A stretch of 64,000 bases of DNA from a virus (taxonomy: Duplodnaviria > Caudoviricetes): positions 1,223 to 65,222 of IMG/VR virus record IMGVR_UViG_3300006115_001097; one strand, 5' to 3'. The position numbers and the translations under genes are program-made. Below are positions 56,393-64,000 of the stretch, in pieces (position 1 is the stretch's first letter; every line of letters starts with the position of its first letter). The notes below the pieces were generated by a model that worked only from the letters and a program-made list of their open reading frames with translations, ran no database searches and was not told the origin of the DNA.

Positions 56393-57233
56393 ATTAAAAG
56401 TAGCAGAGTTATTTTATAGCGTACAAGGCGAAGGGCGTTACATGGGTGTACCCAGTGTATTCTTGCGTGTGTTTGGATGTAATTTTAAATGTGCCGGTTT
56501 TGGCATGCCTAGAGGAGAGAAAAGTGAAGAAGTTGAAGATATTGCTCAAGTGGTCCACCTATACAACGATTATAAAGAATTGCCTTTGGTATCCACTGGA
56601 TGTGACAGTTATGCTAGTTGGGATCCTAGGTTTAAGCATCTTAGTCCCATGCTTGATACTGACACAATTGCCAATCAGATTATGGACATACTACCTCACA
56701 AGGGGTGGCAAGACGAGCATCTCGTAATCACAGGTGGTGAACCACTGCTAGGATGGCAAAGGCAATATCCCGACTTGTTGAATCATCCTGATATGCAGGA
56801 TCTTAAGGAAATTACCTTTGAAACCAATGGTACACAAAAACTTTCTGATGACTTTAAGAAGTATTTGTTTAAATGGCAAAAACAAAATCGAAATAGAGAG
56901 ATAACGTTTAGCGTGAGTGCAAAACTACCTACAAGTGGTGAGAGTTGGGAAGAAGCAATACAACCTCGAATTGTTTGTGAATACGAGTGGTTTGGTACTG
57001 CTTATTTGAAATTTGTTGTAGCTACAGAACAAGACGTCGCAGATGCAGAACGTGCAGTTAAAGAATATCGTGCGGCCGGCTTTGTAGGGCACGTATACTT
57101 AATGCCTGTAGGTGGTGTTGAAAGTGTTTATAATTTAAATGCACGTAATGTAGCACTAGCAGCCTTGCAACGGGGTTGGCGGTATAGTGATCGACTACAA
57201 GTACCACTATTTAAGAATGAGTGGGGCACTTAA
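56385..57233 (+). CDS. queE: 7-carboxy-7-deazaguanine synthase (radical SAM)
   Basis: ELFYS.QGEG, FLR.FGCNFKC, ITGGEP, ETNGT, RLQ..L. Confidence 0.9.
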   Translation: MSKLKVAELFYSVQGEGRYMGVPSVFLRVFGCNFKCAGFGMPRGEKSEEVEDIAQVVHLYNDYKELPLVSTGCDSYASWDPRFKHLSPMLDTDTIANQIMDILPHKGWQDEHLVITGGEPLLGWQRQYPDLLNHPDMQDLKEITFETNGTQKLSDDFKKYLFKWQKQNRNREITFSVSAKLPTSGESWEEAIQPRIVCEYEWFGTAYLKFVVATEQDVADAERAVKEYRAAGFVGHVYLMPVGGVESVYNLNARNVALAALQRGWRYSDRLQVPLFKNEWGT

Positions 57234-57239
57234 TTGCCA

Positions 57240-57455
57240 ATGGATATACTCAGAGATCTAGATCATTTTTATTATCGGGCACAGTGGAAATCAAAGTTTG
57301 CACTGTGGCCCAGACGTTGTGTACGATCAGGTCGCCATATATGGTTTGAACGAGCATACCAAGGCACTGCTACGTATACTGGTCCTGGTGAACCAGTATA
57401 CGAATATCATTGGCACCACAGTGAAGAACATTTATTATGGCTACTTACCAAATAA
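57240..57455 (+). CDS. Hypothetical protein
   Basis: FALWP.RC..SG..IW pattern; 71 aa. Confidence 0.65.
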   Translation: MDILRDLDHFYYRAQWKSKFALWPRRCVRSGRHIWFERAYQGTATYTGPGEPVYEYHWHHSEEHLLWLLTK

Positions 57456-57919
57456 AGACATTTATTGCTTCATTATTTCTTGTACTTGTACTAGGTGCAT
57501 TCTTGGCAGGTATGGTTACTCCCAAGCATACTGCCAAATGGAATGAGGGAATGGAAATGCAACAAATGGTTTGGTTAATGCCAGTATTCTTTATTTGGTC
57601 CGGACTAAAAACCAATTGGACCATGGACTTTGGCGCAATACTGCTAGGCGCACTTGTCATGTACGTTATTGCAGTTACCACTAAATTTATAGGAGTTTGG
57701 CTAGCATATCAAGGGCAAGGACTACGTATAATTTGTTTTAAAACCGCAATGTTACAAAACAAAGGTTTAATGGAAATCTTTTTGGTAACAATGTTGTTGA
57801 CTGCTAACATTATTAGTGTTAACATGTTTGCAGCGGTAGTTATTATGAGTTTAATCAGTACTGTTAGTGCTGTACCACTTGCTAGATTATTTTATGATCC
57901 CACAGTAGATAATATTTAA
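57437..57919 (+). CDS. C-terminal half of a CPA2-type cation/H+ antiporter
   Basis: GAFLAG, PVFF...GL, KGLMEI; only 160 aa. Confidence 0.65.
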   Translation: MATYQIKTFIASLFLVLVLGAFLAGMVTPKHTAKWNEGMEMQQMVWLMPVFFIWSGLKTNWTMDFGAILLGALVMYVIAVTTKFIGVWLAYQGQGLRIICFKTAMLQNKGLMEIFLVTMLLTANIISVNMFAAVVIMSLISTVSAVPLARLFYDPTVDNI

Positions 57920-57928
57920 GGAAAGATT

Positions 57929-58339
57929 ATGGCGACAAGAAAACCCCGAGCAGCAACAGAAGCTACAAAGCCTGCAACTAAAAAAGCGCCGGCTAAAAAG
58001 ACTGCTAAAAAGATTGACTTTACCGGCATGACTCCACGTCAAATTGCCGATGCAAAAGGCGAGCCCTGGGTCAATGTAGTACAAGTAGAACTAGATCCAG
58101 ACAATATTGGAAATGGTTCATTTGAACTAGAATGGAATGATAAGTTTATTGCTAACTTGGCACGTGCCGGATACAAAGGCAAAACAGACAGTGATATGGT
58201 AGATCAGTGGTTTGGTGAAATTTGTAAAAATGTCATTGCCGAGAACTATGAACAATGGGAAGCCAATCAACCTTATGATAATCGTCCCCGAGTAATTGAT
58301 CGCAAAGATCTAGGTGATGGGCGTACCGAGGTAAGTTAA
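57929..58339 (+). CDS. Hypothetical protein with a Lys/Ala-rich N-terminus
   Basis: GAAAG RBS; GEPWV, FEL.WND.F. Confidence 0.75.
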   Translation: MATRKPRAATEATKPATKKAPAKKTAKKIDFTGMTPRQIADAKGEPWVNVVQVELDPDNIGNGSFELEWNDKFIANLARAGYKGKTDSDMVDQWFGEICKNVIAENYEQWEANQPYDNRPRVIDRKDLGDGRTEVS

Positions 58340-58582
58340 ATGGAAGGGTTAAAACCACCAAAGATTCTAAAGTTTTATCAGCTGATGAAAATGTCTACCA
58401 AAAGTGGCTTGTACTTTTCCACTGTTGGAGGCTCTTCATCATTAACCGGCCCCGGTATGTACCACACACTACAAGAAGCTGAGCATCAGCGCACATTGGA
58501 AATACTCAGAGACATAGATGGTGACGCAAACTCGTATCACGTATTTGAACTAGAATTTCCCAATCCAGCATATAAAGAATGA
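58340..58582 (+). CDS. Hypothetical protein
   Basis: 80-aa ORF. Confidence 0.65.
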   Translation: MEGLKPPKILKFYQLMKMSTKSGLYFSTVGGSSSLTGPGMYHTLQEAEHQRTLEILRDIDGDANSYHVFELEFPNPAYKE

Positions 58583-59349
58583 TTGTTTATGTCAATGGTG
58601 ATAGTCATAGTGCCGGAGCAGAGATAGCGAATCCACATTGCTTTGCCCAAGACGATCCACTATATTGGGCATTAGGACGTCAACCGCATCCCGACAATTT
58701 AAAACTAAGTTACGGATGCTTAATTGCAAACGAACTAGGTTCTATACTAACTTGCGATGCCGAAAGTGCAGCCAGTAATGATCGCATAATGCGTACAACT
58801 TGGCCACATATAGAAAGTGTACAAGGCGGTTTTGTTCAAGAAAAACCCAATCTTGTTATTATTGGGTGGAGCACTTGGGAGCGAGAAGAATGGCTACACA
58901 ATAACACCTACTACCAAGTCACTGCTAGTGGTACAGATACAGTACCTCGTGAATTACAACAACGTTATCGAGAATGGGTCGTAGATCAAACACACGTGAC
59001 TAGAGAACGTAAACTACTTGGCTGGCATGACCAAATTTGGCGTTTGCACCAAGCATTAGAAAACAAAAATATTCCGCATATATTCTTTAACACTTACAGT
59101 GACTTTGCAAATATTCGCAGTCGTCAAATAACAACAGATACAACAAAAGTTGTTCCCAATGAGTATGATTGGGGATTAAACTATGTGGGTCCGTATGATA
59201 GTAACCTGACCTATTACAATTGGTGCATACAAAAAGGATTTAAAACGGTAAATCCTAATTCTTATCATTTTGGTGCGGATGCACATCAAGCATGGGCAGA
59301 GTTTTTGATGCAATATTATGTCCAAATACTCTTGACAAAGAAGTCATAA
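58579..59349 (+). CDS. SGNH/GDSL-hydrolase-like protein
   Basis: YVNGDSHSAG (GDS), AASNDRI, YHF...AH. Confidence 0.6.
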   Translation: MIVYVNGDSHSAGAEIANPHCFAQDDPLYWALGRQPHPDNLKLSYGCLIANELGSILTCDAESAASNDRIMRTTWPHIESVQGGFVQEKPNLVIIGWSTWEREEWLHNNTYYQVTASGTDTVPRELQQRYREWVVDQTHVTRERKLLGWHDQIWRLHQALENKNIPHIFFNTYSDFANIRSRQITTDTTKVVPNEYDWGLNYVGPYDSNLTYYNWCIQKGFKTVNPNSYHFGADAHQAWAEFLMQYYVQILLTKKS

Positions 59350-59360
59350 TATGCTATTAT
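59332..59360 (+). promoter_or_regulatory. Sigma70 promoter
   Basis: TTGACA-17 bp-TATTAT with a TGn extension. Confidence 0.75.
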
Positions 59361-59366
59361 TATGCT

Positions 59367-60362
59367 ATGAAATACTTAATTGTTGATACTGCTAACACAT
59401 TCTTTCGTGCACGTCACTCAGCCGCTCGCCAAGCAGATACTTGGGACAGATTAGGCTTTGCTGCTCACGTTACACTTAACTCTATTGCCAAAGCCTACCG
59501 AGAGCAAAAAGCAGATCATGTTGTGATCTGTTTAGAAGGACGTAGCTGGCGCAAGGACTTTTATGCCCCGTACAAAGCAAATCGTGCAGTCGCAAGAGCC
59601 GCGCTCACCGAAAAAGAAGCTGAAGAAGACAGACTATTTTGGGAAACTTTTGATGAGCTCAAAACATTTTTCTCGGAAAAGTCAAATTGTACTGTTCTCC
59701 GGCACGAAGCACTGGAAGCAGATGACTTGGTGGCAGGATGGATACAAGCACACCCACAGGATTCACATGTAATTGTATCAAGTGACACAGACTTTTATCA
59801 GTTACTTGCTACCAATGTTGTACAGTACAATGGTATCAGTGATGAGCTTCATACACTAAATGGCATATTGGATAAAAAAGGCAAATTGGTTATTGACAAG
59901 AAAACTAAAGAGCCTAAGAAAATTCCCGACCCTAAGTGGATCTTGTTTGAAAAATGTATGCGTGGCGATGCTACAGACAATGTGTTTAGTGCTTATCCAG
60001 GTGTTCGCACCAAAGGCACTAAAAACCGAGTGGGCCTACAAGAAGCATTTGAAGATAGAAATAGTAAAGGATTTGCTTGGAACAATCTCATGTTACAACG
60101 TTGGACTGACCATAATGGCGTCGAACACAAGGTGCTAGACGACTATCATCGCAATGTGACTATTGTGGACTTGACTGCTCAGCCCGATGATGTTAAAATG
60201 AACATAGCAAAAACTATTGCAGAAAATGCTGTGCCAAAAGATATTCCGCAAATTGGTACCAAGTTTTTGAAGTTTTGTGGCAAGTATGATTTGAAACGCA
60301 TCAGCGACAACATACAGGGTTATGTAGACTTTTTATCAGCAAATTATCCGGAGAAGACATGA
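59367..60362 (+). CDS. rnh: RNase H / 5'-3' flap exonuclease (T4 rnh-like)
   Basis: MKYLIVD.AN, SWRK..Y..YKANR, EADD, SSDTD, GDATDN. Confidence 0.88.
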   Translation: MKYLIVDTANTFFRARHSAARQADTWDRLGFAAHVTLNSIAKAYREQKADHVVICLEGRSWRKDFYAPYKANRAVARAALTEKEAEEDRLFWETFDELKTFFSEKSNCTVLRHEALEADDLVAGWIQAHPQDSHVIVSSDTDFYQLLATNVVQYNGISDELHTLNGILDKKGKLVIDKKTKEPKKIPDPKWILFEKCMRGDATDNVFSAYPGVRTKGTKNRVGLQEAFEDRNSKGFAWNNLMLQRWTDHNGVEHKVLDDYHRNVTIVDLTAQPDDVKMNIAKTIAENAVPKDIPQIGTKFLKFCGKYDLKRISDNIQGYVDFLSANYPEKT

Positions 60363-60898
60363 TTACATTAAAACAATGGTTAGAACTAGCCAATTACAAA
60401 ATCACAGATGGTGAACATTATTTGTGGGACTGCTACGGCAAGGATACATGTATGTTATCCAGCTGGAATGGCATACATGACCGAGGTGGCTATAGCACCG
60501 ACATTGTATTTGATACAAAGACGCAAATAGTATATGAAGTTGCAGCACATGACTTTACCAACGATCGTGCATATCGAATGATTAATCCTAAGTACGCAAA
60601 GGCACATGACAACGAAGCCAGCGCACGTGGGGTTGACATGAACACGGCATGGGATGGTGTTGAGTATACTGAACTAGATGTTGAAGAGGACTTCTTAGAA
60701 AAGGCCACTGCTATTGTTAATGGTCAAGATTACGACACACGAGTTATGATTCAGTTAGAACTTGACAGTGAGTTAGAGATAGAAATTTATCGTCGTGCAC
60801 ATCAACTAGATATGACTGTGAACGATTATATACAAATGGCTCTGGTGGAATTAATCAAGTCTAAAGCCCCGGAAATATTGGAGACCGTGGATGCTTAG
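60359..60898 (+). CDS. Hypothetical phage protein
   Basis: 179-aa ORF coupled by ATGA. Confidence 0.75.
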   Translation: MITLKQWLELANYKITDGEHYLWDCYGKDTCMLSSWNGIHDRGGYSTDIVFDTKTQIVYEVAAHDFTNDRAYRMINPKYAKAHDNEASARGVDMNTAWDGVEYTELDVEEDFLEKATAIVNGQDYDTRVMIQLELDSELEIEIYRRAHQLDMTVNDYIQMALVELIKSKAPEILETVDA

Positions 60899-61262
60899 TG
60901 GGTTAACAGGAAGTCAATACATTAATACATCAGGCGGTGAAGTCACTGGCGGACCATACTTCAATGCCGATACTCCGGTGCCTGCCCCGGCCCGAGGTGC
61001 TATGAGATTTAATAACGCCCGCATTGAGGTCTGGGATGGAAATTATTGGACTCAAATGCATGGGCTATATGGCTCGGTAAGCCTAACCCCTGACGCTGTT
61101 GAAGCAATCAATTGGGTACGTGCAAAGATCGAAATGGAACGGCAACTTGAACAACTGGCCAAGGAAAGCCCGGCCGTTGCCGACGCTATGGCCACTGTTG
61201 CCCAAAGCCTAGAACGATTGCAAGTTGTTGTGGCATTAGCAAACAAGGAAAAATATGATTAA
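60891..61262 (+). CDS. Hypothetical protein
   Basis: 123-aa ORF. Confidence 0.7.
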   Translation: MLSGLTGSQYINTSGGEVTGGPYFNADTPVPAPARGAMRFNNARIEVWDGNYWTQMHGLYGSVSLTPDAVEAINWVRAKIEMERQLEQLAKESPAVADAMATVAQSLERLQVVVALANKEKYD

Positions 61263-61587
61263 ATGGTTATGTAATAAAATAGTACGATGGGGTTCAGAGT
61301 ACGGCAGACATGATGAAGAAGTGTATGCCACTGCCGGACTTGCTAGTGGTAACCCTACTAGACGCAAAGGCCATCGTGCAGGGGTACTTGCAGGTCCTGA
61401 CAATCACGACATTCCGAGAACATTTAGATTTGATGTCAGTGTAGGCCGTGGTGGTGTTGTGTTAATTACAAGACGCTATGATCCCAAAAAGGACGAGACT
61501 ATTGAGATCTTAAATGTCATACACGATGACCAAGACATTTCTGCTCAGGTTGGACAAATTGTAGCAATGGAAATGATCAAGTCATGA
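61255..61587 (+). CDS. Hypothetical protein
   Basis: 110-aa ORF. Confidence 0.7.
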   Translation: MIKWLCNKIVRWGSEYGRHDEEVYATAGLASGNPTRRKGHRAGVLAGPDNHDIPRTFRFDVSVGRGGVVLITRRYDPKKDETIEILNVIHDDQDISAQVGQIVAMEMIKS

Positions 61588-61985
61588 AGGAACTTGCGGA
61601 TCGTAAACATCGGTATGATAAAGCATACAATGTATTATTTCCAAAGCCCCGCAGTTGGAGATTGAGATTTTTTCATTGGCTCACTCAAGGTAGAATAATA
61701 TTAGAGGAAGAAAACAAAGTGGCAACAAACGCATATCAATCAGCATACGGTCAACTGCAAACTGTAACATTGGCAAATCCCAGCAGTAGTATGAATCTAC
61801 CGGGCATCTCATTTAAAATAACCAGCGCCAATGGTGGTACTATTATTTCAGTAAATGAGAGTGCACCGCAATATACTATATCCGGAGGTGGCTCAGAAGA
61901 ACTTTATATTATACCCGATGGCGTGGAAGATTTTGATCGTGAACTGGGCAAAATAATCACAATGTATAGGATGAAACAAAAATAA
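61584..61985 (+). CDS. Hypothetical protein
   Basis: 133-aa ORF; an internal GTG start is possible. Confidence 0.65.
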   Translation: MKELADRKHRYDKAYNVLFPKPRSWRLRFFHWLTQGRIILEEENKVATNAYQSAYGQLQTVTLANPSSSMNLPGISFKITSANGGTIISVNESAPQYTISGGGSEELYIIPDGVEDFDRELGKIITMYRMKQK

Positions 61986-62452
61986 TGGAAACAATTGCTA
62001 AACCAGTAATTAAAAACAAATTTTGGATTGTTGAACAATCAGGACACAAAATTGCCACTATACAAGCAGTGGACGAAAACGGTGGCTTTGTATATGTACA
62101 CGATGATCAACGCGAGCATTTTCCCAGTATCAAGTTGATTAGTAAAAAATACAATATTGAATTTGTCAAAGCCGAGAAGCCACAAAAAATTATTGATAAC
62201 GATGTTTATGGATTTCCTGTTAGTGGTAGTGCACACAATCAAGTACTTGATGTACAAAGATACTTGCCTATCTATACCAAAGGTGCCAAAAGTAAAAGTT
62301 TCTTTTGTGCAGGTCACTACTTGATTAAGTTTGGTCAAAATTGGACTAGACAATTTTGTCCCAAGTTGATTACACTTAATCGTTATGAATACCAAGGTCC
62401 TTTTAAAACACAAGAACGTGCAGAAGATGCATTGCGAGAAATAAATGGATAA
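61985..62452 (+). CDS. Hypothetical phage protein
   Basis: 155 aa; FCPK.ITL.RY.Y.GPFKT C-terminus. Confidence 0.75.
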   Translation: METIAKPVIKNKFWIVEQSGHKIATIQAVDENGGFVYVHDDQREHFPSIKLISKKYNIEFVKAEKPQKIIDNDVYGFPVSGSAHNQVLDVQRYLPIYTKGAKSKSFFCAGHYLIKFGQNWTRQFCPKLITLNRYEYQGPFKTQERAEDALREING

Positions 62453-62663
62453 TTCATTACCACTTGCGCTAAGAATGTTTAATGATCGAGTACGTGCTAT
62501 GACTCAAAGTAATAGCAAACTGCTTACATTAAATGCCGACGAAGCACGTAATCTTCATGCAGAAATTTACAGTTTGCTTACAATAACCGCCGAACAAGCA
62601 AAACATACACCCGTAAATGAAAATATTTTCCAAATAAACATGGATGGTGGTGGTTTTAAGTAA
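62445..62663 (+). CDS. Hypothetical protein
   Basis: 72 aa ending MDGGGF. Confidence 0.7.
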   Translation: MDNSLPLALRMFNDRVRAMTQSNSKLLTLNADEARNLHAEIYSLLTITAEQAKHTPVNENIFQINMDGGGFK

Positions 62664-62711
62664 AAGTACGCATATTACGGTGATAAATAAACTGTATATC
62701 AAGGAACTAGG

Positions 62712-63002
62712 ATGTCAAGACCAAAACCAACAGTATTGTTGGATCACGTAAACAAAACAACTTATAAAAGCGACCAAGTATTAGCCAGTGAAGGTATTTG
62801 GGCAGTCTTCTACGACAACCAACCTATCAATTTAAAAACTCACAATATACTGGTTAGTTATCCTGGTCCCAAGTACAAGAAAGTAAGTTTTTCAAATAGC
62901 GGCCACGCTATTAATCTTTGCAAGAAACTCAATACCTTATACAAAACCGACAAGTTCACAGTCGTGTTATTAAAACAAGGTGACACAATCTACAAACAAT
63001 AG
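62712..63002 (+). CDS. Hypothetical late protein
   Basis: ATAAATA promoter and AAGGAA RBS. Confidence 0.75.
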   Translation: MSRPKPTVLLDHVNKTTYKSDQVLASEGIWAVFYDNQPINLKTHNILVSYPGPKYKKVSFSNSGHAINLCKKLNTLYKTDKFTVVLLKQGDTIYKQ

Positions 63003-63330
63003 ACAATCGTGGATTGACCTGTTTACCGCAGGTGTCACTGTTGGTCCTCCACGCTGGTGGCACAATCCTATCAATCCCAAAAGTCTAAGACTAACACGCG
63101 AAGCCTATACTTGGATCAACAAGCATACCAAGATTAAAACACATAAGGTGAAATTACAACGAGGTCTCGGAGGTCGACAATTCTTACAACTAGAACGATT
63201 GTTAACTGCTCCTTATCTAGTAGACACCTACAAATGTATAGCGGTAATTGACGAAACCACTTTGATCATGTTGCAATTACATGCCGGCGATCTCAATACT
63301 TATTTGCAAAATCTAGAGGATAATCAATAG
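62980..63330 (+). CDS. Hypothetical protein
   Basis: 116-aa ORF. Confidence 0.65.
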   Translation: MTQSTNNRQSWIDLFTAGVTVGPPRWWHNPINPKSLRLTREAYTWINKHTKIKTHKVKLQRGLGGRQFLQLERLLTAPYLVDTYKCIAVIDETTLIMLQLHAGDLNTYLQNLEDNQ

Positions 63331-63354
63331 TGTTGTTTTTATACAACACGGGAT

Positions 63355-63383
63355 TTGACAAGAATAACAATTGGTGCTATAAT
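63355..63383 (+). promoter_or_regulatory. Perfect-consensus sigma70 promoter
   Basis: TTGACA-17 bp-TATAAT with a TGn extension. Confidence 0.88.
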
Positions 63384-63413
63384 TGAGTTATTGTTTAATT
63401 TTAAGGTACAACA

Positions 63414-63821
63414 ATGGTAGACCCAGTAATTAAAAAAGTCTTGAAGTTTTATAATATCAAGGCCGATGTTTTAGAACAAGAGTTTCATTTATATAAGCAA
63501 ATTCCCAAAGAGCATAGCGGAATTTATGTTATACAACAAGGCAAGCAAGTGATTTATGTGGGCAAGGGCCAAATTAAATCAAGGCAAGGCAAACACTGGG
63601 ATAAAGCCTTCGGGAGAAAAGGTGCCAAGGACACCAAGGGGTGGCGGTGGCTACGAGAAAATATTGATATCAATCCAGTAAAATGGAAAGTCAGTTATAT
63701 TATACTACACGAGCAATGCGATTTGAGTGCCGTAGAAGGTGGCTTGATAAAACTGTTACAACCTCTTGCCAATGATGAAACTTTTAAAGATAACAACCGT
63801 GTTCTAAAGGAAACTAAATGA
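63414..63821 (+). CDS. GIY-YIG nuclease-family protein
   Basis: SGIYVI...IYVGKG..KSR..KH, later E...I...QP..N. Confidence 0.7.
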   Translation: MVDPVIKKVLKFYNIKADVLEQEFHLYKQIPKEHSGIYVIQQGKQVIYVGKGQIKSRQGKHWDKAFGRKGAKDTKGWRWLRENIDINPVKWKVSYIILHEQCDLSAVEGGLIKLLQPLANDETFKDNNRVLKETK

Positions 63822-64000
63822 AACTCCGTCCACAAAATTATGCACAGGAAAAGAATGAAAGATACAATCAAAAAGAAAGCCATTGGGTATCTTTAAGCGA
63901 TAGGGTTAATAATATTATCAATGTTTTGCCCAGCGATGAGCCAATGATTAAACAAACAAAACGCAATCAGGCGGCATTACTAAATGATGCCATGGTGATA
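63818..64000 (+). CDS. Hypothetical protein, 3' truncated by the window edge
   Basis: ATGA overlap; MKLRPQNYAQ... open to the end of the window. Confidence 0.6.
   Translation, partial: MKLRPQNYAQEKNERYNQKESHWVSLSDRVNNIINVLPSDEPMIKQTKRNQAALLNDAMVI

Noticed and set aside
114-63883. The many short opposite-strand or alternate-frame ORFs in the track (e.g. 5404-5862, 20620-21273, 33364-33801)
   Set aside because: They are shadows of well-supported genes, with no RBS, motifs or operon coupling
1-64000. Stop-codon reassignment, as seen in some jumbo phages
   Set aside because: TAA, TGA and TAG all terminate intact genes, and coding density is already high under the standard code
1-64000. Bacterial chromosome or prophage origin (suggested by clpA, dnaJ, galE, folE and transporter genes)
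   Set aside because: T4-like replication genes, late promoters, a lysis cassette and overlap-coupled phage gene packing run throughout; there is no integrase or host housekeeping context

Overview
This is a 64-kb, AT-rich, densely coding segment of a large T4-like (jumbo) tailed dsDNA phage genome, read in the standard genetic code and almost entirely on the + strand; one inverted three-gene block lies at 2.3-5.0 kb. Phage identity rests on a family B DNA polymerase, an RFC-type clamp loader, a probable sliding clamp, an RNase H/5'-3' exonuclease, a lysis cassette, T4-like late promoters (TAAATA) and near-consensus sigma70 promoters. Bug/TctC-type binding proteins hint at a betaproteobacterial host (inference). 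Blocks in order: (1) 1-13.5 kb, radical SAM genes, PhoH and a small-molecule cluster with four orphan solute-binding proteins, two PP-loop ATPases, an Fe/2OG-type oxygenase, P-loop/sulfotransferase-like proteins and a methyltransferase; (2) 15.5-18.2 kb, GH19 endolysin, spanin-like proteins and holin; (3) DnaJ and ClpA; (4) 23.6-35.4 kb, late-expressed mosaic proteins with T4 capsid-targeting-like N-termini and x-x-E linkers, carrying ART-, GNAT-, HAD-, HExxH- and nucleotidyltransferase-like domains, two of them bounded by a conserved in-frame 20-bp DNA repeat encoding QGVAEG; (5) replication genes; (6) 44-57 kb, a 7-deazaguanine DNA-modification locus (dpdA, dpdL-like, folE, queD, queE, no queC in the window) interleaved with a glycosyltransferase, galE, a DegT-like gene, a TauD-like gene and two MazG-like genes; (7) rnh, small hypothetical genes and a GIY-YIG gene. 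The best candidate for an undescribed system is the repeat-bounded, protease-site-encoding cargo cassette arrangement in the virion polyproteins. Several structured RNA leaders are also visible, including a classic H-type pseudoknot against the polymerase ribosome-binding site. All family assignments come from motif reading only; no searches were run.
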